A DNA stretch of 64,000 nucleotides, from positions 1-64,000 of the IMG/VR virus record IMGVR_UViG_3300027860_000007; one strand, given 5' to 3'. The notes beneath the pieces are model-generated. The model was not told the DNA's origin and made no database searches. It saw only the letters and a program-made list of their open reading frames with translations. Each line of letters opens with the position of its first letter. Positions within the stretch are counted from its first letter, which is position 1. Positions 27,094 to 36,172 of the stretch are shown one piece after another. This DNA is from a virus. The position numbers and the translations under genes are program-made.

Positions 27094-28283
27094 TTTATAA
27101 ATCCTTCAATAAAAGCACTAGCTTTTTCACTTTTTAATTTATTAAGTAATTTATAAGCAAATAGTTCTGCAAACCATTCTAAATAATCAGTTTTTGAATA
27201 TTTAGTTGGAAAAAACCCTAAATCTGAACTAGATTCTATAAATCTAGATAATTCTTCTCCATTATGAAAAAGACCCTGATTAAGGAAGTTTTCTGGGTTA
27301 GATACTAAAGTTAATTGATTATTTTCATCTTGTGAAACTAATATCATTTTAGATGGATTTTTACTTATCACAACAAATGGAGAAGCTGCTTTATATTTTT
27401 TTACCATACCTTGATAAGTTATAATATCACCTACTTTGATATTTTCTAAATTATTCAAAGAACTATCGCAATTTATTTTTATAGAATTTACAAGTTGATT
27501 AAATTTTTTTTTAATTTTTTGTCTAGCTTCTTCATTTAGAAACTCATAAAAAAACTTATGACCATATTCATGAATTAAAGTTTGTACAGCATTTGGGATT
27601 GCTTTAGCGTTATTGTCTATTTGAATATGTTTAGAATTAGGATAATAACGACCAATAGCATTCCCGCTAATGGGAGAAACTAATATTTTTGTTTTAGTTA
27701 AATATCCTAAGTTATTATTGATTAATATATCATTTGCTTCTCTAATTAGATTAGATATTTCTTCTATTTTATTAGCTTTAATATTATCTGGAAATATAAT
27801 CTCAGATTCTCCTACTTTTTCAAACTTTTCAATAGTTTCGTCAAAGTTAATTCCTGATATTTTAAAAACTACTGATGGAGGCAATTTATCTTTTATCACC
27901 AATTCTTTAGATAGATTTTTAATATTATTGAACTTTTCAATTTTTATTAAACCTATTTTTATAAAATATGATTCGCTGTTTTCTAAATTTTCTTTAAAAG
28001 TTTCTAAATTGCCTGCTGATTCTAATATATATGGGTTAATTATTGGTAAAATTACTCCATTATGCAATGGTATAAATTTGTTAGCATGAGTAGAATTCCA
28101 TTCTTTTAATTTATTAGAAGATATTTTTATCAATATTAAATTGGTTGATTGTGCAATTGGTTTTTTATCTAGAGATATTATAGATGTTATATTATTTCTA
28201 ACATGTAAAGAAACTGCAAAATCTCCGCCTTTATAAAGTCTATATGTAAAAGAAGCTGCTTCTAATAGTTCAATAACTTTCAT
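27090..28283 (-). CDS. Leader-family zincin metallopeptidase (MPTase-like)
   Basis: MKVIELLE; ILES linker; LIHEYGH; YSKTDYLEWFAE. Confidence 0.7.
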   Translation of the reverse strand: MKVIELLEAASFTYRLYKGGDFAVSLHVRNNITSIISLDKKPIAQSTNLILIKISSNKLKEWNSTHANKFIPLHNGVILPIINPYILESAGNLETFKENLENSESYFIKIGLIKIEKFNNIKNLSKELVIKDKLPPSVVFKISGINFDETIEKFEKVGESEIIFPDNIKANKIEEISNLIREANDILINNNLGYLTKTKILVSPISGNAIGRYYPNSKHIQIDNNAKAIPNAVQTLIHEYGHKFFYEFLNEEARQKIKKKFNQLVNSIKINCDSSLNNLENIKVGDIITYQGMVKKYKAASPFVVISKNPSKMILVSQDENNQLTLVSNPENFLNQGLFHNGEELSRFIESSSDLGFFPTKYSKTDYLEWFAELFAYKLLNKLKSEKASAFIEGFIK

Positions 28284-28286
28284 AAA

Positions 28287-29120
28287 TTAAACCTTTAACC
28301 ATATTCTATCAATAGTACCAATAGGTCGTGGGTTAAACACTATATATTGGAAACGTAACCAGACATAGTTACCATCAAAATTGTATATATCCATGCCTGT
28401 ATAATTATTATATTGAATGTTATCAGTATTTGTTGTTGGATCTATTGGAATATTAAACCAACCACCATTGCTAGTATCAGGATTTTCTTCTAATGAACCT
28501 TGCACATAAAAAGTTCCACTAAAATTAGTAGTTTTAATACTAAAAGTTTGTAAAGCGGTGTGAATATCCTTAAATGCACTTCCAGGAAATCTACTTGTTA
28601 CAAATGTCACACTTAACGGCGGATTGATATTATTGAAGTTTATCGCAGTCCAATCTTTTGGTAAAATTAGTTTGCTGGGAGCAAATTTTGGAAAAGGTGC
28701 ATCTAATAATTCAATTTTACCAGTTACTTCTTGATCTAAAGTAGTATAAAATAAACTTTCTGTACCATCATCATTATTGACTAAAGTAATACAATATTGA
28801 AAAAACCCCGCACTCCAATCTTCAATATCGCCAGGTGTCAATTTTAAAGTATAAATTCCGTTTTGTTCATCTGTGTTGACCAAAAATCTCGTAAGCATTA
28901 ATTCATCATTGTATGGATTAACCACTATACATCTAACACTTTGCCCTAATATCTTTACAGGTAGCCTATCAGAATCTTTTAGAATAAATTCTATATTGTT
29001 ATTGACGTTACGAAATATTTTTATATCTTTATGATACATAGGATCGTTCCATTTTTGACCTACAAAGAGACATGCCTCAACTTGAATTTGGTCTTGATAT
29101 AATACAGCTTTTGTTGGCAT
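28287..29120 (-). CDS. Beta-rich virion structural protein
   Basis: TATAAATA upstream; all-beta character, FSGTFYVQGSLE, GNYVWLRF. Confidence 0.55.
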   Translation of the reverse strand: MPTKAVLYQDQIQVEACLFVGQKWNDPMYHKDIKIFRNVNNNIEFILKDSDRLPVKILGQSVRCIVVNPYNDELMLTRFLVNTDEQNGIYTLKLTPGDIEDWSAGFFQYCITLVNNDDGTESLFYTTLDQEVTGKIELLDAPFPKFAPSKLILPKDWTAINFNNINPPLSVTFVTSRFPGSAFKDIHTALQTFSIKTTNFSGTFYVQGSLEENPDTSNGGWFNIPIDPTTNTDNIQYNNYTGMDIYNFDGNYVWLRFQYIVFNPRPIGTIDRIWLKV

Positions 29121-29159
29121 GATTTTTTTCTAATAAATAAAATATTATACATTAACATA

Positions 29160-29167
29160 TATTTATA
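29160..29167 (-). promoter_or_regulatory. T4-like late promoter TATAAATA
   Basis: Exact consensus upstream of 29120-25729 operon. Confidence 0.6.
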
Positions 29168-29175
29168 TTTTAAGC

Positions 29176-29547
29176 ATGTCACAAGACTTAACATTTTTAA
29201 AAGAACATTTTCCATTTCTGACAGTATTTAATTATGCTAATACAGAATATGTAGGAGTTGTACAGAATTCAAGCAAATCTGTCACTAGCGTTTATATTTT
29301 TAACAGAATTGTCTTAGATGAACAAAAAAAGAAATTTCTTGATCTTGCCAATATATGGTGGAATGAAAGCAATAGGAAAATACCTATCAATTTGTTTTTT
29401 AAATCAGATTTTGATGAATTTTCATGTTTTGTTCTTACTTTTATTACAAAAGAGATGGAAATAGTTAGTGGGCATACGGTTAGTATCCAAAATCTAAATA
29501 GTAAAAGAATCAAAAGAAAACGAACAGAATTACATATTTTAAAATAA
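29176..29547 (+). CDS. Conserved jumbo-phage hypothetical protein
   Basis: FPFLT..EYVGVVQN..WWNESNRKIPINLF. Confidence 0.7.
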   Translation: MSQDLTFLKEHFPFLTVFNYANTEYVGVVQNSSKSVTSVYIFNRIVLDEQKKKFLDLANIWWNESNRKIPINLFFKSDFDEFSCFVLTFITKEMEIVSGHTVSIQNLNSKRIKRKRTELHILK

Positions 29548-29576
29548 ATATAGTTAAATAATTAGTAAGTAAAAAT

Positions 29577-30266
29577 ATGAAATACATTGAAATTTTAACA
29601 AATAATCTATCTAAAATACAAGAAGCTAGAGTACCAGGACTTCCTTATAAAGAAGAACCAGTAAGTAAGACTAATCCAGTTATTGATAGAGTTATTCTTA
29701 CTTTAGAAGCCAAAGATAGCGAATTGATGACTAAAATTGCTTTAAAATATAAAAAATTAGATAATATTCAAAAAGCAATAGATAAACGCCGTAATGAAAT
29801 GAACACAAAAGTTAAAGAAAAAATGTCTGAATTGTTTGATGCAGAAGATGTATGGAGAACAAGAGTAATTGAAACTATAAGTGCAACTATGACTTTAGCA
29901 AAACGTAGCGAAGGAACTGCTGCTAAACCAGAAGAACATATCGTAGTAGTAGATTATGAAAAAGTATCAAAAGAACTTTTAAGTTTGATGGAAGGTGAGC
30001 TTTTAAAAGCAGGTGCTTCTATATTACTTAAATATACTAAATTTGAAACTTTACCAGCAATACCCGCACAAGAACCAAAAAGTCCTAGTCTTTTAGTGAA
30101 GCCAAAAACTAATAAAGCACAAGATGCTGTGAGAGCAGAAAGCATAAACGAATCTATTAATTGGAAAAGCATTAAAGAATGGTTGCATAGTTATTATGAA
30201 TCATTCTTGCAATGGGGATTGAATTACGATAAAAAACTTAATAAAATCAAAGAACAATTATCTTAG
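29577..30266 (+). CDS. Leader-family putative virion-internal coiled-coil protein
   Basis: AATAAATA at 29543; MKYIEIL..IQEAR; AESINES near C-terminus. Confidence 0.6.
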   Translation: MKYIEILTNNLSKIQEARVPGLPYKEEPVSKTNPVIDRVILTLEAKDSELMTKIALKYKKLDNIQKAIDKRRNEMNTKVKEKMSELFDAEDVWRTRVIETISATMTLAKRSEGTAAKPEEHIVVVDYEKVSKELLSLMEGELLKAGASILLKYTKFETLPAIPAQEPKSPSLLVKPKTNKAQDAVRAESINESINWKSIKEWLHSYYESFLQWGLNYDKKLNKIKEQLS

Positions 30267-30839
30267 TTTTTCTGCAAGTAAATTTAGCTTAGTTACTATT
30301 AATAAAGAATATGCAAAAGCATGAGAACGCTTAAAAGCATAACCTTTATTGTCTTTCTCCCATACTTCCTTTTCAATATCTTTCCATGTCTTATCAGCTA
30401 AATATGCTTTTCCAGGTCTAATGATTGCTAACAACATTGCTAATTGTTCTATAGACTTAGGATTTAATTTTTTAACTAAGTGATAGTGATTACTAATATG
30501 CGGAAGTTTTTTAACTATTTCTTTATCCAATAGCATTTCCCAATTTGGTTCTCTCTTTGATAATTTTTCTATTTGTTCATTTGAAGAAAAATTACTATAT
30601 GCACTATTATTTAAAACGTCTATCTTGATATAACCTAAGTTTTCTGCTTCATTAAAATCTATACTGCTCCAACCAGTTACTGGATCAATAGGAATATCTT
30701 GAACATATATTCCACTATTATGCGGAATAATCTCTTTGCTTTTTATTTTACTAGCAGGAACATGACTAAAAATAGATAAAACATGCTTTCTATCTAACAC
30801 GTCAATGTCAATATCTCCATAATCATTTGGATTATTCAT
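30258..30839 (-). CDS. Minimal DNA polymerase III alpha (DnaE)-like protein
   Basis: DIDID, HNSGIY, GYIKIDVL, LAIIRPG, YAFKRSHAFAY. Confidence 0.8.
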   Translation of the reverse strand: MNNPNDYGDIDIDVLDRKHVLSIFSHVPASKIKSKEIIPHNSGIYVQDIPIDPVTGWSSIDFNEAENLGYIKIDVLNNSAYSNFSSNEQIEKLSKREPNWEMLLDKEIVKKLPHISNHYHLVKKLNPKSIEQLAMLLAIIRPGKAYLADKTWKDIEKEVWEKDNKGYAFKRSHAFAYSLLIVTKLNLLAEKLR

Positions 30840-31206
30840 TTATTTTTTTCTCTAATCGTTGAATTCTGCTTAAAAGATTTTCTGAAAATCTATCATCTGT
30901 AGTAGTTCTTTCTTCTAATTTTTTATGTTTCATCAAATTATTAACTTGCGAGCGTAAATTAGTAATTTCTCTTTCTTGGTTTTTAATTTTATTTTCTAAT
31001 ATCATATTAGATTCAATTAATTGCTTCAAGTATAGCTTTGTGTTTATAACAAAATTTTCACTAGCGACTTTTAATGTAATATCTCCTTGTAACACTTCTA
31101 CTAAGTGTTGACCAGATTTTAAATTATTCAATCCAATAGTATTAATTTTATACTCTTTATTAGGTGCAGAATTGCTATAGATTGCACCAATTATTTCATT
31201 TTCCAT
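30832..31206 (-). CDS. Coiled-coil hypothetical protein
   Basis: Coupled ORF, heptad pattern. Confidence 0.65.
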   Translation of the reverse strand: MENEIIGAIYSNSAPNKEYKINTIGLNNLKSGQHLVEVLQGDITLKVASENFVINTKLYLKQLIESNMILENKIKNQEREITNLRSQVNNLMKHKKLEERTTTDDRFSENLLSRIQRLEKKINE

Positions 31207-31207
31207 T

Positions 31208-31912
31208 CTACATATCCATTTCTTTAAGAAGTTCTTTACATTCTGCTATTTCTGTTTTACATTTATTAAATCGCAAAGACCATGCAGAATTATCTAATAA
31301 GTTTCCTAATAGCTTATATTGACTTGAATCAAATCTATTTAATAAAGTTTCACTTTTTTGGCTAGTAAAGAATAACCAAGGGCTAATTCTACCATTTCTC
31401 AAATTATCAATTACCCAAGTAGTAACTGAATCTTTATAAAAATCTTGCAATTCGATATTTTTTATTTCGCAATATTCTGACATAAATTCTATCGTTCTAA
31501 CCACTGCAATAACAGGATCCTCTTTAATCAAATATATTTTTAAAAAAGTTTCATATACAGATTTTTTTGACCAATCTTTGATTTTAAAGTTACCTAATAC
31601 TAAATATTCGATATAGCTATCGCAATCAAATATAAGCTGTTCATTTAGCCATTTACCAAAACTAAGGAAATCACAGTATAATTGACTGTTAATAAAATGT
31701 TCAAAACTTATTTCTCTATCATTAGTAAGTTTATAAAAAAGTTGATAAGTACGAAATCCCATTACACTATGCTCATTATCTTTGTCTTGCCATCTCATTT
31801 TTTTAACACAAGAATGAGCTATTATACTAGATTCTCTTAAGAATTCTTTGTTACAGAATGAACAAAAATGCTGAGATTTCTTATTTGCTTTTGGCATTTT
31901 TAAACTGCTCAA
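31208..31912 (-). CDS. Zn-finger conserved jumbo-phage protein
   Basis: CSFCNKEF......HSC; GRISPW. Confidence 0.65.
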   Translation of the reverse strand: MSSLKMPKANKKSQHFCSFCNKEFLRESSIIAHSCVKKMRWQDKDNEHSVMGFRTYQLFYKLTNDREISFEHFINSQLYCDFLSFGKWLNEQLIFDCDSYIEYLVLGNFKIKDWSKKSVYETFLKIYLIKEDPVIAVVRTIEFMSEYCEIKNIELQDFYKDSVTTWVIDNLRNGRISPWLFFTSQKSETLLNRFDSSQYKLLGNLLDNSAWSLRFNKCKTEIAECKELLKEMDM

Positions 31913-32396
31913 CTAAAACTTTAATTTCTTTATCTGATAAGGCATAATCTTTAGCAAGTTTTACAAAAGATTCTTCAGAGGTAATCTTTATGAAAACTTT
32001 AAATTCTAAGTCATTCATGTTTGGATTTACAATTTTGACAAAATCATATAATTTTTCATTAAAAAGTTTTTTACTTACTGGTATCCACTCATGATATATC
32101 TTTTTTCCCAAGCCAACAATAGCCATAAGTCTATGCTGTAAGTCTGGAAATTTAGTAAGTGTCCAAAAATCTTGATTTACTATCTCATTAATCATAGTTA
32201 AGTAATACTCATGTAATCCGTTTTGATTAGATGCACTGCTTAAAAACCGCATTAAAACTAACGGAACATATTTTTTTTGCTGTTCTGGTAACAAATTGTC
32301 ATAATAAAATCTTTCACGCATATCAATAGCTGTTAGACATTTAGTTAAGTCTAATTTTTCTTTATTGAGAGCTTTATCTACTAAATTATTTTTCAT
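31881..32396 (-). CDS. Possible clamp-loader small subunit (gp62-like)
   Basis: YVPLVLMRFLS, VN..FW.L...PDLQ, HEWIP pattern; weak recognition. Confidence 0.4.
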   Translation of the reverse strand: MKNNLVDKALNKEKLDLTKCLTAIDMRERFYYDNLLPEQQKKYVPLVLMRFLSSASNQNGLHEYYLTMINEIVNQDFWTLTKFPDLQHRLMAIVGLGKKIYHEWIPVSKKLFNEKLYDFVKIVNPNMNDLEFKVFIKITSEESFVKLAKDYALSDKEIKVLVEQFKNAKSK

Positions 32397-32475
32397 ATAT
32401 TTCTATCGTAACATAATTATTGATTTTTTTCAAATTTAATAAATACTATTAGATTTTATATTTAAGGAGTACATC

Positions 32476-32823
32476 GTGGGAAAACCTATTAATCCAAGAA
32501 ACTTTGGTCAAACTGGAATTCAAATTAATTTTTGGAACGGTTCATCTGTTATTACTGGCTATATAGTAAAACAAACTGGAACCAATCGTTATAATGTTTC
32601 TAACGACAATGGAACAGTTACTGATACTGTATATTTGCAATTAGCAGCTCCTAGTGCTGCTGGACAAGGTCAAATACCCTTAGCTTTATTTGGTGGTGGA
32701 ACAGCATATGCAAGTGTTGTACTAACAAATTTAGTAAGAACATTTGAAGACTATGAATTGGCTTGGTCACTTGGTGGAAGTCCTGTTGATGCAAACCATT
32801 GTACGATTACTCAAAACTCTTAA
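32476..32823 (+). CDS. Small late structural protein
   Basis: AATAAATA at 32438, AAGGAG RBS, GYIVKQTGTNRY, G/T-rich. Confidence 0.65.
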   Translation: MGKPINPRNFGQTGIQINFWNGSSVITGYIVKQTGTNRYNVSNDNGTVTDTVYLQLAAPSAAGQGQIPLALFGGGTAYASVVLTNLVRTFEDYELAWSLGGSPVDANHCTITQNS

Positions 32824-32848
32824 AATTTTCCTTTATTGTATTTTTGTT

Positions 32849-32882
32849 AAAAATGCCATCATTAAATTGGTGGCATTTTTTT
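32849..32882. terminator. Bidirectional intrinsic terminator
   Basis: aaaaatgccatca-N6-tggtggcattttttt between convergent genes. Confidence 0.85.
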
Positions 32883-33388
32883 TATATAAAACTTTCTAAA
32901 TTAAACTTACCTAGTTTTTTTTGTTGAGGTTCATTAATTATAAAAATGCAATCTGGAGAAGCATTATTATTAATTGGAACTAATAAAAAGTTTTGGGGAT
33001 TTATTTTTGGAACTGTCCAATAAACTTCAGTATATACGTTTTTTGGTGTAATTGGCATAAATTTTTGCATTATACCTTTTATAGGATTATAAGTTAGTGC
33101 ACAAAAATTTCTAGTATTTATTTCATGAACTTGTACAAGTTCTACATCACCTGTTTCAGGATCTCCTAGCAAGATACTCCATTCACATGGTATTTTTATA
33201 GAATAATTACCTATGCTAAATTCTATAGCAGCATCATTAAAAGTTTCTGTCATTACTAGCGGTCTAAAAAAATAATCAGGATTGTTTTTATCGCTAAAAT
33301 CAAAAACGCTAAAATGAACGCTATCATTTAATACGGATCTAACTTGATTTAAATCAAAAATAGTATTTTCATTTGTTAATATGTACAT
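32882..33388 (-). CDS. Conserved jumbo-phage hypothetical protein
   Basis: PDYFFRPL..ETF; upstream TTGACT-N17-TAATAT. Confidence 0.7.
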   Translation of the reverse strand: MYILTNENTIFDLNQVRSVLNDSVHFSVFDFSDKNNPDYFFRPLVMTETFNDAAIEFSIGNYSIKIPCEWSILLGDPETGDVELVQVHEINTRNFCALTYNPIKGIMQKFMPITPKNVYTEVYWTVPKINPQNFLLVPINNNASPDCIFIINEPQQKKLGKFNLESFI

Positions 33389-33456
33389 TATTAATTACTT
33401 TTAATTAAAATTTTATCATTGTTATATATTAACATAAGATAAAAGTTAAGTCAAAA

Positions 33457-33771
33457 TTAATGTTTAATAATATTCATGTGTTTTTCTATTATATGTTGAA
33501 TTAAAATCATTTGTTCGTGGCTTAAAGTGGCAATTACATCAATAAGTGGTTTTGATATTTCATAACTTTCTTTAGTTACTTCCGTAAAAACCAAAGCCAT
33601 ATATTCTTTTTCGTTATGTGGCAATGAAGTATAAAAATAAGTACAAAAATCCAAGAACGCAAGCTGTTCAGGAGAAAACTGTTTAACAGAATCTTTTAAA
33701 TTTTCTTTTATGTCTATTTTCTTTTTAAACCAGCTCATCAGTTTCCTCATTAAAATTTTTTTCAATATCAT
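33457..33771 (-). CDS. Hypothetical protein
   Basis: ORF track; start uncertain. Confidence 0.55.
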   Translation of the reverse strand: MILKKILMRKLMSWFKKKIDIKENLKDSVKQFSPEQLAFLDFCTYFYTSLPHNEKEYMALVFTEVTKESYEISKPLIDVIATLSHEQMILIQHIIEKHMNIIKH

Positions 33772-34378
33772 TTTTTAATTTATAATAGTCTTTAATTATA
33801 AATTCGTAATCTGAAAAATTTATGCTATAACAATAATTTTCCAAAAATGTTAATTTTAAATAGTTAAATATTTTCATATTTTTACAAGAAATATATAGTA
33901 AATTTTCTTTTTGAAATGCTTTATAATCTTTATCATTAAAATTATTTTTGAGATAATCTAAATTATAATAATATTTTATTGGGTTTATTAACTTATTATT
34001 AACTTTTACTAAGATAGGATATTCCTCTAAAATTTCTAATGACTTAAAAAGATCTGTCTCATTGAAAATATCTCTAAAAATATTATTTTCATGTTCAATT
34101 TTATTTAAAATCCTTACTAAAGATCTTCCTAAACACAATTTAACAAACAATTCTAATAGTTCTTGCTTTTGAGTAATAGAAAATCTATCGTTTAAAAATA
34201 CTAATTCTCTTGTTTCAAAAAGAATTTTTGTTCCATTTACCATTAAATTAACTAAAAATCCTAAATTATCTGAAGTTCCACATATTTCTTTTGTTTTTTT
34301 ATCACGCACCGCATAATAATTTGTAAGACAGATTAGTCTCTTTTCATTTAATTTAATATGTGGAATAAATTTGCTCAT
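33725..34378 (-). CDS. Hypothetical protein
   Basis: ORF track; upstream TTGACA-N17-TATAGT. Confidence 0.65.
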   Translation of the reverse strand: MSKFIPHIKLNEKRLICLTNYYAVRDKKTKEICGTSDNLGFLVNLMVNGTKILFETRELVFLNDRFSITQKQELLELFVKLCLGRSLVRILNKIEHENNIFRDIFNETDLFKSLEILEEYPILVKVNNKLINPIKYYYNLDYLKNNFNDKDYKAFQKENLLYISCKNMKIFNYLKLTFLENYCYSINFSDYEFIIKDYYKLKNDIEKNFNEETDELV

Positions 34379-34385
34379 GTTTTCT

Positions 34386-34455
34386 ACTATAAAATAAAAT
34401 TTTAATCATGTCAAGGAAAAAAATTTATTGACAATAAATTTATATTTGATATGAT
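34386..34455. promoter_or_regulatory. Back-to-back divergent sigma70-type promoters
   Basis: Minus: TTGACA-N17-TATAGT; plus: TTGACA-N16-TATGAT with extended TG. Confidence 0.7.
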
Positions 34456-34479
34456 TATCAAATAAACAAAGGAGTTTTA

Positions 34480-34707
34480 ATGATAGCCGTACATGTTAAA
34501 AACCATTTAGATCAAAACAGTGAATGGGAATTTTTTGGTGTTTTTACAGATGCAAAAGCAGCATGTTTAGAAACAACCAAATTAAAAAGTTATTTTGAAC
34601 CTATAATATGGAATGGGGAAGACATTAGTACCTATGAACCAAAATTTAAATTTTCTGCTTGTAATATTGATGAATCAAGGATGAAAAAAATAATTAGTAC
34701 TATTTAA
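34480..34707 (+). CDS. Small early hypothetical protein
   Basis: AAGGAG RBS, own promoter. Confidence 0.7.
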   Translation: MIAVHVKNHLDQNSEWEFFGVFTDAKAACLETTKLKSYFEPIIWNGEDISTYEPKFKFSACNIDESRMKKIISTI

Positions 34708-36170
34708 GAAAATTCATTAGTATCAATTTTATTGATACTAAATGGGAATTTTTGTTCTTTGTAGAACTTTTTTCTTTCTGTTAAATGCTTTTTACTATAT
34801 TTAGTGGTACTACAAAAATCATAAATTATAGCAAAATCTTTATCAGATGCACGCCTTAGACTTCTACCTATACTTTGTATAACCTTTACAAAACTTTTTC
34901 CAGCTTCTAAAAAGACAAGATTGTAAATTCTTGGGATATTAATACCCGTGGAAGCTACACCAAAAGTTGCAATTATTATTTTATTGTTTTCAGTAGCAAT
35001 TTTATCATATTCTTCTTTTCTATCATCAACTTTAACAGCTCCGCTAATAAAAATACTATCCTTAATAATACTTTCAAGATACTTTCCAGTCTTGATATTC
35101 TGCACTAATACTAACGTATTTCCGTCTTCACTTATAACATTAACAAATTTTGCTAAAACATTTAATCTTGTTTTATCACTAGTTAAAAAAGCAGTTTCTT
35201 CTTGGTAAGTTCTAAAAGTTGCTGAACTTTCTAATTGCATAATTTGAATTTCACAATTACTTAACACGCCAATCGCTTGTAAATCGCTGGCTGTAATTTT
35301 ATTAATTACGTTACCTATACATGCAGAAATGGCTATTTTAAGATGTTCTTCTTTAGGTAAAGTTCCAGTTAATCCCCATCTAATAGGAACATTTCTAAAA
35401 GCTCTGGTTAATAAATTAGTTAGACAAGCCGCAGAACTATTATGTGCCTCATCTACAATTACAGCAACTACATCATCTACCATATCATCTATAGTATAAT
35501 CACAATTTTCTAATTTTGATTTTTTTTGTAGCATTTCAAGACTTTGCCAAGTACAAATAGTATGCTGCTTTCTAAGGTCTTTTTGATCTCCAAAATAAAC
35601 ACCTACATCTATGCCAAGTAGTAAAAAGTCTTCATGTGTTTGTTTAACTAATTGTTTATTAGGAACAATTAGTATTGTTTTGCCAAGATGTTCTACTTGT
35701 TTGCATAACGTAGCAGATAAAATAGTTTTACCAGCAGAAGTTGGAACAATTTGAACACCTTGTAAATTTTTAAGACACGCATTAACCACTTCTACTTGAT
35801 GTGGCATCAAAATTATTGGTTGATCTGGTCTTGTAGGATGATTAGATGGCCATTTATTATTAGAAATAACATTTTCATCTATAGGATTAAAACTTATATT
35901 ATGAGAAATTCTCAAATCATCTATGTCAATAGCGTAATTATCTTGTTCAATAAGTGGTATTACATATGATAGTAAATTAATTTGTGTATTACCACCTACT
36001 GAAAAATAGGATACTTTACCATCCCAGCGTCCTAATCTAACACTTGGAAGAAATCTTGCATTAGGAACTGTAAATTTTAATGCAGCTACACATTTTCTAA
36101 TAGTAGCTGGCTCTAAACCAGTTAATTTACAATTCACTTCATCAAGAATAGTAATTAAACATTTTTTCAT
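34704..36170 (-). CDS. uvsW: UvsW-like SF2 helicase
   Basis: WDGK, PTSAGKT, DEAH, GLTGT, STGINIP, QSIGRSLR. Confidence 0.95.
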   Translation of the reverse strand: MKKCLITILDEVNCKLTGLEPATIRKCVAALKFTVPNARFLPSVRLGRWDGKVSYFSVGGNTQINLLSYVIPLIEQDNYAIDIDDLRISHNISFNPIDENVISNNKWPSNHPTRPDQPIILMPHQVEVVNACLKNLQGVQIVPTSAGKTILSATLCKQVEHLGKTILIVPNKQLVKQTHEDFLLLGIDVGVYFGDQKDLRKQHTICTWQSLEMLQKKSKLENCDYTIDDMVDDVVAVIVDEAHNSSAACLTNLLTRAFRNVPIRWGLTGTLPKEEHLKIAISACIGNVINKITASDLQAIGVLSNCEIQIMQLESSATFRTYQEETAFLTSDKTRLNVLAKFVNVISEDGNTLVLVQNIKTGKYLESIIKDSIFISGAVKVDDRKEEYDKIATENNKIIIATFGVASTGINIPRIYNLVFLEAGKSFVKVIQSIGRSLRRASDKDFAIIYDFCSTTKYSKKHLTERKKFYKEQKFPFSINKIDTNEFS

Positions 36171-36172
36171 AG

